This document shows, piece by piece, positions 44,704 through 55,000 of a DNA stretch of 64,000 nucleotides. A model generated the notes under the pieces. The model saw nothing but the letters and a program-made list of their open reading frames with translations. It was not told the DNA's origin and did not search any database. The translations under genes were made by a program, and so were the position numbers. The stretch's first letter is position 1. Every line of letters begins with the position of its first letter. The stretch spans positions 78,118 through 142,117 of the forward strand of contig JBBRWS010000002.1 of the NCBI GenBank assembly GCA_038249055.1, given 5' to 3'. Source of the DNA: Minisyncoccia bacterium. Lineage in GTDB: Bacteria; Patescibacteriota; Minisyncoccia; Phycocordibacterales; UBA9973.

Positions 44704-45210
44704 TTAAGCGGATTTTTTATTATATATTACAAAGTTACAATCATATTTATTTTTGTCATCTTTTTCATGTTTATCTTCAGACGATTTATTCCACTTAGTC
44801 ATATCAATAATAGGGAAGAAAGTATCGGCGTCTTGAAATGAGGCATTAACATGGGTTATGTATAATCTATCTGCTTTATCAATAAATAATTTATATATTT
44901 GTCCTCCCCCTATTATAAAAGCTTCCTCAGTTTCTCCCATTGTTTCCTTTAATAAAGTATCGAGTTCTTCTAGCGAATAAACGACTTCAATATTTTCTCC
45001 AATAAAATTTTTATCTAAAGTAAGTATTATATTTCTTCTGTTGGGAAGAGGACGACCAATAGACTCAAAAGTTTTCTGCCCCATTATCACTGGATGTCCT
45101 GTGGTTGTTTCTTTAAAGTGTTTCATATCTATGGGTAAATCCCATAGTAATTCATTCTTCCTTCCTATTTCATTATTATTTGCTACTGCTGAAATTATAG
45201 ATAAAATCAT
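44704..45210 (-). CDS. folA: Dihydrofolate reductase
   Basis: MILSIISAVANNNEIGRKNELLWDLPIDMKHFKETTTGHPVIMGQKTFESIGRPLPNRRNIILT aligns residue-for-residue with the DHFR N-terminal half. Confidence 0.85.
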   Translation of the reverse strand: MILSIISAVANNNEIGRKNELLWDLPIDMKHFKETTTGHPVIMGQKTFESIGRPLPNRRNIILTLDKNFIGENIEVVYSLEELDTLLKETMGETEEAFIIGGGQIYKLFIDKADRLYITHVNASFQDADTFFPIIDMTKWNKSSEDKHEKDDKNKYDCNFVIYNKKSA

Positions 45211-45213
45211 TTT

Positions 45214-46062
45214 TTATTTTACTATATCAAGTCCTGGTATAGCTTCACTAGGTTTATAAAATGGGGCAAAAGATTGATATATTTCATCTACTATTGTTTC
45301 ATCTTTTGCAAATGAACGGTCGTATATATTTTCTGGTAAGATAGGAAATATATTTGGATGATCGTTTTCTCTTTTTATTAATTCCTGCGCTCCTTCATAA
45401 TGAATATCATAAATATGAGCATTAGAAATACTGTGGGTATATATTCCTGGCTTTACCCCTAGTTTTTGAGCAAGAGCACACATAAGAAGACTAAAACCAA
45501 ATGTATCAAATGGACAACCTAGCATCATGTCATTTGAGCGTATTATGTTATGAAAATGAAGTCGTCCACCAATTATATTTACAGTGAAAGCAAATGGGCA
45601 AGGTACATTTTTTTTATAAGTTGCCTTTAATCCCGTTCCATATAATCCATCGTCTGATGGATCCCAGGTTACTACAACACCTTGTCTTGAATGAGGCTCC
45701 TCAGTAAGATGTTTAACCAATTGATCAAGCTGGTCTCTTCCGAAGTGGTGTCTCCATCTATATCCATAAGCAGAAGTTATTGTCCCATCTTCTTCAGCAA
45801 ACTCATCCCAAATTTTTGTATATTTTCTTAAAAAGTCTGCATTCTTTTCTCCAGTAACAAACCATACTTGTTCAGCAATGGGAGATTTAATTGGATTCTT
45901 ACGTAAAGTTAAAACTGGAAATCCATCTTTTTCAACATCAATTTGGAAAGTAAGACCTGGTAATATTTTTATCTTATGTCCTGTTCTTTCATTCAATTCT
46001 TCTATCCCTTCTTCCATTATTCTTTTTATTAAATTTTTATAGATTGCGTCAAATGTTGTCAT
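45214..46062 (-). CDS. thyA: Thymidylate synthase (ThyA family)
   Basis: …DRTGHKI…FPVLTLRK… N-terminus. Active-site VPCPFAF (catalytic Cys). IRSNDMMLGCPFD region (R-S-x-D). 4 nt upstream of folA on the same strand. Confidence 0.8.
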   Translation of the reverse strand: MTTFDAIYKNLIKRIMEEGIEELNERTGHKIKILPGLTFQIDVEKDGFPVLTLRKNPIKSPIAEQVWFVTGEKNADFLRKYTKIWDEFAEEDGTITSAYGYRWRHHFGRDQLDQLVKHLTEEPHSRQGVVVTWDPSDDGLYGTGLKATYKKNVPCPFAFTVNIIGGRLHFHNIIRSNDMMLGCPFDTFGFSLLMCALAQKLGVKPGIYTHSISNAHIYDIHYEGAQELIKRENDHPNIFPILPENIYDRSFAKDETIVDEIYQSFAPFYKPSEAIPGLDIVK

Positions 46063-46091
46063 AATGTATAGTATACAAAAATATAAACATT

Positions 46092-46595
46092 ATGGAAACA
46101 GACAAAAAACAAACAATTATTTACCCGTATTTACCAGAAGGATATAAAATTCACTATGTTCCTGAAAGTAATCAATACATTCAAGCTGCAAAAAAATTTG
46201 CGAAAGAACATTCTTTAGATAAGATGGTCCCTACTGGAGCTGTGGCTGTAAAAGATAATAAAATTATAGGGTATGGAGCTAATGGTAGTGATTATCATAA
46301 AACTCACGAATGTGAGAGAGTAAAGAATCATATACCTACTGGTCAGGGCTATGAATTATGTGAAGGATGTCATCCTAAAAATCATGCTGAGAGCAGAGCA
46401 GTCCAAAATGCCATAGACAACGGTTTTAATCCTAAAGGTTCAGATTTGTATCTTTGGGGACACCATTGGTGCTGTGAACCATGTTGGAATACCATGATCA
46501 ATCATGACATAAAAGATGTTTATTTAATGGAAGGAAGCGATATTCTTTTTGATAGAACAAAGGATGGGAATATCATCGGACATCAATTCGAATAA
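46092..46595 (+). CDS. dCMP deaminase-like cytidine/deoxycytidylate deaminase
   Basis: Zinc motifs HAESRAVQNA (H-A-E) and CCEPCWNTM (PCxxC). Confidence 0.75.
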   Translation: METDKKQTIIYPYLPEGYKIHYVPESNQYIQAAKKFAKEHSLDKMVPTGAVAVKDNKIIGYGANGSDYHKTHECERVKNHIPTGQGYELCEGCHPKNHAESRAVQNAIDNGFNPKGSDLYLWGHHWCCEPCWNTMINHDIKDVYLMEGSDILFDRTKDGNIIGHQFE

Positions 46596-46683
46596 TAAAA
46601 AGCGAGCTCGTAAGGCTCGCTTTTTTGTTTATATTTATTGTGTTAAAATTGGTCTATTATAAATTTAATTTATCCACCATGTT

Positions 46684-47859
46684 ATGAAAGATAAACAAAT
46701 AGAAAAACTTATAAAAGAGGAGGAGAAGAGACAAAAGAGCGTTGTGAATTTAATAGCTTCTGAGAACATTGTTTCTGATGATGTTCTGAAAGCTTTAGGT
46801 TCAAAGCTTACAAACAAATACGCCGAAGGTTATCCAGGAAAGAGATATTATGGTGGAAATCAAGTGATAGATAAAGTAGAACTGCTTTGTATGGCACGTG
46901 CTTTAAAACTTTTTAAATTAAAACCCGAAAATTGGCACGTGAATGTTCAGCTTCTTTCCGGAAGTCCTGCTAACTTTGCTTTGTATTCAGCTCTTGTTCC
47001 AATTGGTGGAAAAATAATGGGGATGAAACTTACTGCTGGTGGTCATCTTACTCATGGACATCCTCTTTCCATGACCGGTAAACTCTGGAAGCCTTTACAG
47101 TTTGAACTTGATAAAGAGACAGAGGTTATAGATTATGAAGTATTAAAAAAAATAGCAGTAGAAGAAAAACCAGACATTATTGTTTGTGGATTTACAGCAT
47201 ATCCACGAGTTGTAGATTTTAAAAAATTTAGAGAAATTGCAGATCTATGCGGAGCATTACTTCATGTAGATATGTCTCACTTTGCTGGACTTGTTGCAGG
47301 AGGTGCTTATCCATCACCATTTCCATATGCAGATTCAGTAATGACTACTACCCATAAATCTCTCCGTGGTCCAAGACAGGCAATTCTTTTTGTAAAAAAA
47401 GATGAGCGTGGTTTTGATAAAAAATTGGACAAGATGGTAATACCAGGACTTTTTGGTGGTCCACATGAAAATAATATAGCAGCTGTCGCTGTATGTTTAG
47501 CAGAAGCTATGAAGCCTGATTTTAAAAAATATGCAAAACAAGTAATTAAAAATGCAAAAGTTTTAGCAAAAGAATTACAAAAATTAGGTTGGCATATAAT
47601 TTCAGGAGGTACAGATTCTCATTTGATATTGATGGATACATGGATGGAAGGGAAAGGTATTTCTGGTAAAGACGCCGGTATCTTACTTGAAAAAGCTGGA
47701 ATTATTGTAAATATGAATACAATTCCAGGTGATACAAGAAGTGTTATGGATCCGTCCGGAATTCGTCTTGGTACTTGTGCCGAAACTACAAGGGGAAGAA
47801 AAGAATCTGATATGGTTAAATTAGCCACAAAGATGGATAAAGTATTAAGAGGAAAATAA
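46684..47859 (+). CDS. glyA: Serine hydroxymethyltransferase
   Basis: …LIASENIVSDDVLKALGSKLTNKYAEGYPGKRYYGG… and PLP-lysine region TTTHKSLRGPR. Confidence 0.9.
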   Translation: MKDKQIEKLIKEEEKRQKSVVNLIASENIVSDDVLKALGSKLTNKYAEGYPGKRYYGGNQVIDKVELLCMARALKLFKLKPENWHVNVQLLSGSPANFALYSALVPIGGKIMGMKLTAGGHLTHGHPLSMTGKLWKPLQFELDKETEVIDYEVLKKIAVEEKPDIIVCGFTAYPRVVDFKKFREIADLCGALLHVDMSHFAGLVAGGAYPSPFPYADSVMTTTHKSLRGPRQAILFVKKDERGFDKKLDKMVIPGLFGGPHENNIAAVAVCLAEAMKPDFKKYAKQVIKNAKVLAKELQKLGWHIISGGTDSHLILMDTWMEGKGISGKDAGILLEKAGIIVNMNTIPGDTRSVMDPSGIRLGTCAETTRGRKESDMVKLATKMDKVLRGK

Positions 47860-47860
47860 T

Positions 47861-48187
47861 ATGGAAAAATTAGATTTAAAACAATTAACAGAATTAATTT
47901 TGAAACAAGCAGAAGTTAAAGGTTTTGGTACAAAACCAGAAGATATTAATGTTGGAGAAAAAATTGCACTTATTCATTCAGAAGTATCTGAGGCATTTGA
48001 AGCCTATAGGCATAAAAATATTGACGGTAAAGATGGATTTAAAGAAGAACTGGGGGATGTGATACAAAGAGTTTTACATCTAAGTGGAATTTTCGGTATT
48101 GATATTGAAGCTGAAGTTTTAAAGAAAATTAATTCCAATAAAGATAGAAATTGGAATTTCGACAAAATGAACGAACAACATAGTTAA
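47861..48187 (+). CDS. MazG-like all-alpha NTP pyrophosphohydrolase (second copy)
   Basis: …IHSEVSEAFEAYRHKN…EELGDVIQRVLHLSGIFGIDIEAEVLKKI…. Start overlaps the glyA stop (TAATATG). Confidence 0.6.
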   Translation: MEKLDLKQLTELILKQAEVKGFGTKPEDINVGEKIALIHSEVSEAFEAYRHKNIDGKDGFKEELGDVIQRVLHLSGIFGIDIEAEVLKKINSNKDRNWNFDKMNEQHS

Positions 48188-48278
48188 GTTTGTTTTTAAA
48201 GAAAAAATCTCTGTTTCAACAGAGATTTTTTCTTATTTGGAGGTAAGTATTTTTTTGAGTATAATAAAAAGTATAATT

Positions 48279-48854
48279 ATGAAAAAAGAAAAAATAGTTA
48301 ATAAGCCAACGGTTGAATGGTTTGACGAGATAACGAAAAATTGTCTTGATATCATTGAATTGAAAAAGAAAGAGTATGGGTCAAGTGTTTGCAAATATAG
48401 ACCTTCCTCTATTACAGATAGAATACTCACTAAACTATCTCGCATTAGATCTATTCAGGAAAAGGGTAAAGCCCGTGTAAATGAAAGTGTGGAAGAAACT
48501 TTGTCGCATACTATTAATTATGTTTTATTTAGACTATGGAGACAGGAGGAAAAAAAGAAAGTAAGAGAAATTAATATATTAAAAATAAGTAAGATTATTA
48601 AAGAGTCCAAGGATATCCTTGAAAGTAAAAATCATGATTATGGTGAAGCATGGAAAAAGATGCGCATATCTTCTATTGTTGATGAAGCTTTGGTGAAAAC
48701 TTATCGCATAGTAGAAATGGAAAAAATGTTAAAGAAAAATTCAAAGCTTATAGTAAAGTTAAATCCTAAAATTCTTGACTCTTTGTTTGATATTACAAAT
48801 TATCTTATTTTTGCAATTATTCATATTAAAGAGGGGAAAGACCCTATGCAGTAG
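48279..48854 (+). CDS. Two-repeat all-alpha protein of unknown function (tandem K-x2-[ED]YG-x-x-W…SSIxDxLxK…RI modules; possibly DUF1599-like, uncertain)
   Basis: Internal duplication: KKEYGSSVCKYRPSSITDRILTKLSRIRS… versus KNHDYGEAWKKMRISSIVDEALVKTYRIVEME…. Embedded between MazG and dut in the thymidylate cluster. Confidence 0.4.
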   Translation: MKKEKIVNKPTVEWFDEITKNCLDIIELKKKEYGSSVCKYRPSSITDRILTKLSRIRSIQEKGKARVNESVEETLSHTINYVLFRLWRQEEKKKVREINILKISKIIKESKDILESKNHDYGEAWKKMRISSIVDEALVKTYRIVEMEKMLKKNSKLIVKLNPKILDSLFDITNYLIFAIIHIKEGKDPMQ

Positions 48855-48863
48855 TTTAGGCGT

Positions 48864-49286
48864 ATGAAAATTAAAATTAAAAAATTAAAAGAGGGGATAA
48901 AAATACCAAAATACGCTCATCCTGGAGACGTAGGAATGGATTTATATTCTATGGAAACAGTGATAATAAGGCCTGGCGAACAATATCGTTTTTACCATGG
49001 GTTTGCAGTAGAATTTCCTGTTGGTTATGCTGGTATTATTATGGATAAATCTAGTATTTCAAAAGCGGGGCTTACTAAAATGGGAGGAGTATTTGATGCT
49101 GGGTATCGAGGTGAATACAATACCCATCTTGTAAATCTTGGGAGTGAACCATATACTGTGGAAGAGGGAGATAAAGTTTCTCAACTTGTTATAGTTCCAA
49201 TAGTAATTGTAGAAATAGAAGAAGCGGATATATTAAGTGAATCCTCTCGTGGTATGGGAGCTTTTGGCTCAACTGGTAAAAATTAA
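48864..49286 (+). CDS. dut: dUTP diphosphatase
   Basis: …KIPKYAHPGDVGMDLYS… motif 1, GIIMDKSS, RGMGAFGSTG C-terminal motif 5. Confidence 0.85.
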   Translation: MKIKIKKLKEGIKIPKYAHPGDVGMDLYSMETVIIRPGEQYRFYHGFAVEFPVGYAGIIMDKSSISKAGLTKMGGVFDAGYRGEYNTHLVNLGSEPYTVEEGDKVSQLVIVPIVIVEIEEADILSESSRGMGAFGSTGKN

Positions 49287-49287
49287 T

Positions 49288-51000
49288 ATGAAAGAACAAA
49301 TAGAAAATTTAATAAAAGATGTTTTAAAAAATATTGGAATTATAGAAGATATTTCTTTTAATGTAGAACATCCAGATGATTTTAAAAATGGAGATTATTC
49401 TACAAATATAGCCATGGTTTGTGCTAAAAAGATTAGTAAAAACCCAAGAGAATTAGCTGAAAAAATTGTTGAAGAATTAAATAAAAATCTACCAAAAGAA
49501 ATTGGAAAAGTTGAAGTAGCAGGAGCTGGATTTATAAACTTTTACTTATCACGAGAATTTTTTACTGATAGTGTGAATAAAATTTTAGAAGAAAAAGAAA
49601 ATTGGGGTAAAAGTAATTTACTTAAAAGTAAGAAAATTATGGTTGAGTATACAGACCCAAATCCTTTTAAGCCATTTCACATAGGACATTTAATGACCAA
49701 TGCAATAGGGGAATCAATATCTCGTATTGTAGAATTTTCTGGAGCAGAAACTATTCGTGCAAATTATCAGGGTGACGTAGGTCCTCATGTGGCCAAGGCC
49801 GTTTATGGACTTATGAAGTTTGGTATGCCGGATAAAAATAAGACTGTATCTGAACAGGCTCAGTATATAGGTAAATGTTATTCCGATGGAAGTAATTTAT
49901 ATGATACAGACGAGAATGCAAAAAAAGAAATTGAAGTAATAAATAAAAAAATTTACGAAAGGAGCAATGAAGAAATAAATACTATTTATGATTATGGAAG
50001 AAAAATAACACTTGATGCTTTTGAGGAAATATACAAACTCCTGGGTACTAAATTTAAAGATGGTTGTTCTTTTTTTGAAAGTGTAATAGCTCCAATTGGT
50101 GAAAAAATAGTTCGTGAAAATATTGGTAAAGTTTTTGATGAATCTGATGGAGCGATTGTTTTTCATGGAGAAAATTATGATAAGAAACTTCATACTCGTG
50201 TCTTTATAAATTCTCAAGGATTGCCTACTTATGAGACAAAAGAAATTGGTTTAACTGTTACTAAGTTTGAAAAAGAAAATCCTGATATTTCCATAGTTGT
50301 AACTGCAACAGAGCAAGCTGAATATATGAAAGTAGTGCAGAAAGCTATCTCTTTAATACATCCTGATTTGGAATCAAGAATGAAGCATATTACTCATGGA
50401 ATGATGAAATTTGCTTCAGGAAAAATGTCTTCTAGAAAAGGGAACATAGTTACAGGAGAATCTCTATTACACGATTCAATGAATATTGTTTTTGAAAAGG
50501 TTAAAGACCGTGAGTTAACTGAAATTGAAAAAAAAGAAATTTCAGAAATTGTTGGAGTTTCTGCTTTGAAGTATTCTATACTTAAGTCATCACTCGGTAG
50601 TGATATCGTTTATGATTTTGAAAAATCTATTTCTTTTGATGGAGATTCAGGTCCTTATTTACAATACACAGCAGTACGAGCAAATTCTATAATTAAAAAA
50701 GCTGAAGAATTTAATACTGAAGATAAGAATGAAATACCAAATCAAATTTCGGACTTAGAAAAGTTAATTTATCAATTTCCAGAAGTTATTAAAAATTCCT
50801 ACATTCATCTTGAACCACATCACGTAGCTACTTATCTTACACATCTAGCAAGTAGCTTCAATTCTTTCTATGGAAATACTAAAATTTTAGTTGAAGATAA
50901 TAAATACGCTATTTATCATTTAAAACTTATAGAGTCTTTCTATCAGACCATGAAAAATGGGCTTTGGTTGCTTGGAATAGAAACTCCAGAAAAAATGTAA
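49288..51000 (+). CDS. argS: Arginine--tRNA ligase
   Basis: Class I HIGH-region (…TDPNPFKPFHIGHLMT…) and C-terminal DALR anticodon-binding domain. Start at MKEQIENL directly after the dut stop. Confidence 0.9.
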   Translation: MKEQIENLIKDVLKNIGIIEDISFNVEHPDDFKNGDYSTNIAMVCAKKISKNPRELAEKIVEELNKNLPKEIGKVEVAGAGFINFYLSREFFTDSVNKILEEKENWGKSNLLKSKKIMVEYTDPNPFKPFHIGHLMTNAIGESISRIVEFSGAETIRANYQGDVGPHVAKAVYGLMKFGMPDKNKTVSEQAQYIGKCYSDGSNLYDTDENAKKEIEVINKKIYERSNEEINTIYDYGRKITLDAFEEIYKLLGTKFKDGCSFFESVIAPIGEKIVRENIGKVFDESDGAIVFHGENYDKKLHTRVFINSQGLPTYETKEIGLTVTKFEKENPDISIVVTATEQAEYMKVVQKAISLIHPDLESRMKHITHGMMKFASGKMSSRKGNIVTGESLLHDSMNIVFEKVKDRELTEIEKKEISEIVGVSALKYSILKSSLGSDIVYDFEKSISFDGDSGPYLQYTAVRANSIIKKAEEFNTEDKNEIPNQISDLEKLIYQFPEVIKNSYIHLEPHHVATYLTHLASSFNSFYGNTKILVEDNKYAIYHLKLIESFYQTMKNGLWLLGIETPEKM

Positions 51001-51013
51001 AGAATAATATAGT

Positions 51014-51556
51014 ATGAATATTTTAATCAATGATAAAATAGTAAACTTTACTAAAGATGATTTTCCAATTTTAATTTCAGGAGCCAATAAAACTGGGTCT
51101 TCATTATTTAGTATTACGCTTGTGGCTAATTTATTTAAAAGTGGGAATAAAGTTTTATTTTTAACAGCATATCCTCCCGCTAAAATGGACTTTAGAAATC
51201 AATTGGGGAATTTATTAAATGAAAATGCAATAATTGTAGATTCTGGAGAGGAAAGTGTGTTTGTAAAAAAATTAGAGGAAATAAAAGATTTAGAAAATGT
51301 TATTGTTCTATTGAAAAATATGGAAAATTACAGCACTAAATTATTTGATAAATTAAAAGATAAAAAAATGGTAATTTTTTCTGGGGATATAGACGAGTGC
51401 GTTTTTAGGAATCAATTATCTAATATAGATTTTAAAACAAAAATATTTTTTTCTTATCCTAAAAAAATAAATATAGAAAATAAAATAGAGTTACCTAAAT
51501 ATAATGGGTTGATAATAAGTGAAAAATATAATGGAATAATAAAATTAGAAAATTAG
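51014..51556 (+). CDS. Hypothetical protein (degenerate P-loop-like GANKTGSS)
   Basis: 180-aa ORF downstream of argS. No firm assignment. Confidence 0.35.
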   Translation: MNILINDKIVNFTKDDFPILISGANKTGSSLFSITLVANLFKSGNKVLFLTAYPPAKMDFRNQLGNLLNENAIIVDSGEESVFVKKLEEIKDLENVIVLLKNMENYSTKLFDKLKDKKMVIFSGDIDECVFRNQLSNIDFKTKIFFSYPKKINIENKIELPKYNGLIISEKYNGIIKLEN

Positions 51557-51594
51557 ATTTCTTGCAATTTTAAGATTTTGTAGTATTCTTAGTA

Positions 51595-51780
51595 TATGCG
51601 TTGAAGAGGCCTCGTCCGAGTAATACGGGCAGACATCACCTCTGAGCTTATGGGAAGAAAGCCTTTATTGGTAAGTAGAACCCTCTAAATGAGAAGTAAA
51701 CGAGGTGGTACCACGTGTTTCAATAGAAACTCGTCCTTGTATAGCAATTATTGTAATTGTTGTACGAGGACGAGTTTTTT
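51595..51780 (+). promoter_or_regulatory. T-box riboswitch leader with Ile (AUC) specifier, upstream of ileS
   Basis: T-box-like GAGGTGGTACCACG (consensus AGGGTGGNACCGCG). ACATCA in the Stem-I 3' strand. AGTAATA distal loop. Intrinsic terminator ACTCGTCCTTGTA…TACGAGGACGAGTTTTTT at 51729-51780. Confidence 0.55.
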
Positions 51781-51781
51781 G

Positions 51782-51893
51782 TGTCCCGTACTAAATTTTG
51801 ATTCAATTTATATTACATATATTAAGTTTATCTTTTAAATAAATATTGTATTTATATTAAAAATATATATTGAAAATTTTAGTACGGGGATAG
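51782..51893 (+). repeat. IR-flanked AT-rich insert between the T-box terminator and ileS (arms GTCCCGTACTAAATTTT / AAAATTTTAGTACGGGGA)
   Basis: Inverted repeat of about 15 bp (one indel) spaced by 75 nt of low-complexity AT sequence. Terminal CCCGT resembles the CCCGTTAGA family termini. Confidence 0.4.
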
Positions 51894-52095
51894 TTTAAAT
51901 TAATAGTTTAGGTACTTCATTAAATATTAAAATTTTTCAAGTCCTCGGATGAGGGAGGACGAGGGGCCAGACCATTCAAAATTTTATATTTAATTACGTA
52001 CCGATTTAACCAGTAGTTGATTCAATTAATGATTCTGATGAATTGTTTATTGAATAAGATTTTTTATAAATAATTTGTTAAGTTTAATAAAATAT

Positions 52096-55000
52096 ATGGA
52101 CGAAAAAAACCCAAAAACTAATAGTGCACTTAGAGAAGAAGAAGTTTTAAAATTTTGGAAAGAGAATGAAATTTTTAAAAAGAGTTTAGAAAAAGATTCT
52201 CCTAAGGGTGAATATGTTTTTTATGAAGGGCCACCTACTGCAAATGGGAAACCAGGAATCCATCATTTAGAAGCTCGTGCTTTTAAGGATGCTATCCCTC
52301 GATATAAAACAATGAAAGGATATCATGTTGGAAGAAAAGGTGGGTGGGATACTCACGGTCTTCCTGTGGAACTTCAGGTAGAAAAAAAATTAGGTCTATC
52401 TTCAAAAAAAGCTATTGAAGAATATGGGGTTGCTAAATTTAATAAAGAATGTAAAGAAAGTGTGTGGGAATATACTGATCTATGGGAAAAATTTACCGAG
52501 AGAATTGGTTTTTGGGTTGATCAAGAAAATCCATACGTTACATATCATAATGATTACATTGAATCAGTTTGGAATGTTATTAAAGAAGCAAATAAACAAG
52601 ATTTACTTTATAAGGATTATAAAGTTGTACCTTGGTGTCCTAGGTGTGGAACAGGTCTTTCTTCTCACGAGCTTGCTCAAGGGTATGTTGATGTAAAAGA
52701 TTTATCAATATATGCAAAGTTTAAAATCAAAGGGAAAGAAAATACTTATATTCTTGCCTGGACCACAACTCCATGGACTCTTCCAGGAAATGTAGCCTTG
52801 GCTGTCGGTGAGAAAATAATGTATGTAAAAGTGAAAGCGGGGGAAGATTTTTATATTTTAGCTGAATCTCGATATCCATTTGTATCCCAGGAGTATCAAA
52901 TTGTTGAGAAAATAAAAGGTGAAGATTTAATTGGTTTGCAATATGAACCACTTTATCCTTATCTTGAAAATATAATTTCTGATTCTGAAAAACCTAAACT
53001 AGAAAAAGCTTATAAGATTTATAATGCAGATTTTGTGACAACTGAAGATGGAACAGGAGTGGTGCACACAGCTGTAATGTACGGGCAAGATGATTTTGAA
53101 TTAGGAAATAAAATTGGTTTACCAAAACATCATTTGGTAGGTCTTGATGGAAAGTTCTTAGCGGGGACGGGATTTTTAGAAGGACGATTTGTTAGAGACG
53201 AAGAAGTGGCTGTAGATATTATAAAGGATTTGGCTCATAGAGGTTTTCTCTTTAAAAAAGAAAAATATGAACACTCCTATCCACATTGTTGGCGTTGTAA
53301 AACAGCACTTATATATTATGCTCGGGATTCTTGGTACATAAGGATGTCTTCACTTAGGGATAAACTTATTAAAGAAAATGAAAATATAAATTGGGAACCT
53401 TCTCATATAAAAGAAGGACGTTTTGGTGAATGGTTAAAAGATATTAAAGATTGGGCAATTTCTAGAGAAAGATATTGGGGAACTCCACTTCCTGTTTGGT
53501 CCTGTTTGGAATGTAAAAAAATGGAGGTACTTGGAAGTATTGAAGATATTAAATCTAAAACCAAAAAATCTGGAAATAAATACTTTATAATGAGACACGG
53601 GGAAACTGAATGTAATATAAGAGGGGAAGTAAGTGATACTGTAAATAATGATGATAAATTAACTAAACTTGGCCGTGAGCAAGTTTTAAACTCTGTAAAA
53701 GGATTAAAGAAAAAAAATATTGACCTAATAATCATTTCTCCTTTTGTGAGAACAAAAGAAACTGTCGATATCTTAGCTTTAGAGATGGATTTTAACAAAG
53801 ACAATATTTTATTTGATGATAGATTGCATGAAATGTCTGTACCTATGTATGAAGGTAAAAAATGGGAAGATTATCATAATGATTATCCAAAATCAGTAGA
53901 AAACTTTTATAAAGCACCAGAAGGAAATGAATCATATGAAGATGTGAGAAGAAGGTCCATGAGTTTTTTATATGATATTGAAAAAAAATATTCAGGAAAA
54001 AATATTTTGATTATTACTCATGGAAGTCCTGTTTGGTTAATGTTTTCTGAGGTTAATGGTTTAAGTACTTCCGAATCTCTAGGGATAATAGCCAGAGATA
54101 ATAGTTATTGCTATTTAAATAATGGAGAATTTATAGAGCTTCCTTTTGTACCAGTACCTCATGATGAAAATTATAAGGTTGATTTACACAAACCATATAT
54201 TGATGAAATAAATCTAACTTGTGAATGTGGAGGAGAATTATCTAGAGCAAAGGAAGTAATGGATGTCTGGCTTGATTCTGGCTCAATGCCTTTTGCACAG
54301 AGTCATTATCCTTTTGAAAAAAAGGAAATACAATATCCCGCCGATTTTATAAGTGAAGCTGTCGATCAAACCCGTGGTTGGTTTTACACACTTCATGCAG
54401 TCGGAGTTATTATGGGAAGGGGAAATGCATATAAAAATGTAATTTGTCTTGGTTTATTACTTGATGCAAACGGGAAAAAGATGTCAAAATCTGTGGGAAA
54501 TGTTGTAGATCCATGGGCTATGATGGATAAATATGGAGTAGATACAATTAGACTTTGGATGTATTCAGTGAATCAACCAGGGGAGCCAAAAAACTTTGAT
54601 GAAAAAATTATTTCTGAATTACATAACAAAGTTTTTAATTTGCTGTATAACGTTTTAGCTTTTTACGAATTATATAGAGATGAAAAAGTAGAAAATAGAA
54701 AGGAAAAAGTAGAAAGTCAGAATGTTCTTGATCAATGGATTCTAACTCGTCTTGATGAACTTATAATCATAACTACAATAAATCTAGATGATTATAAGCT
54801 TCTTGAACCTGTTCGTGCCATTCGTGAATTTATAGACGATCTTTCTACTTGGTATTTACGACGCTCTCGTGAAAGAATAAAAGAAGGAGATGTTGAAGCA
54901 AAAATTACCTTATATAATGTTTTTAAAATCCTATCTAAATTAATGGCACCTTTTGCTCCATTTACGGCTGAAGATATTTGGCAAAAATTAAGAAATGAAG

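Noticed and set aside
51014-51556. GANKTGSS read as a Walker A, making this a RecA/KaiC-like ATPase
   Set aside because: The motif lacks the invariant Lys-Ser/Thr pair, and there is no Walker B or other ATPase motif. The gene is left as hypothetical.
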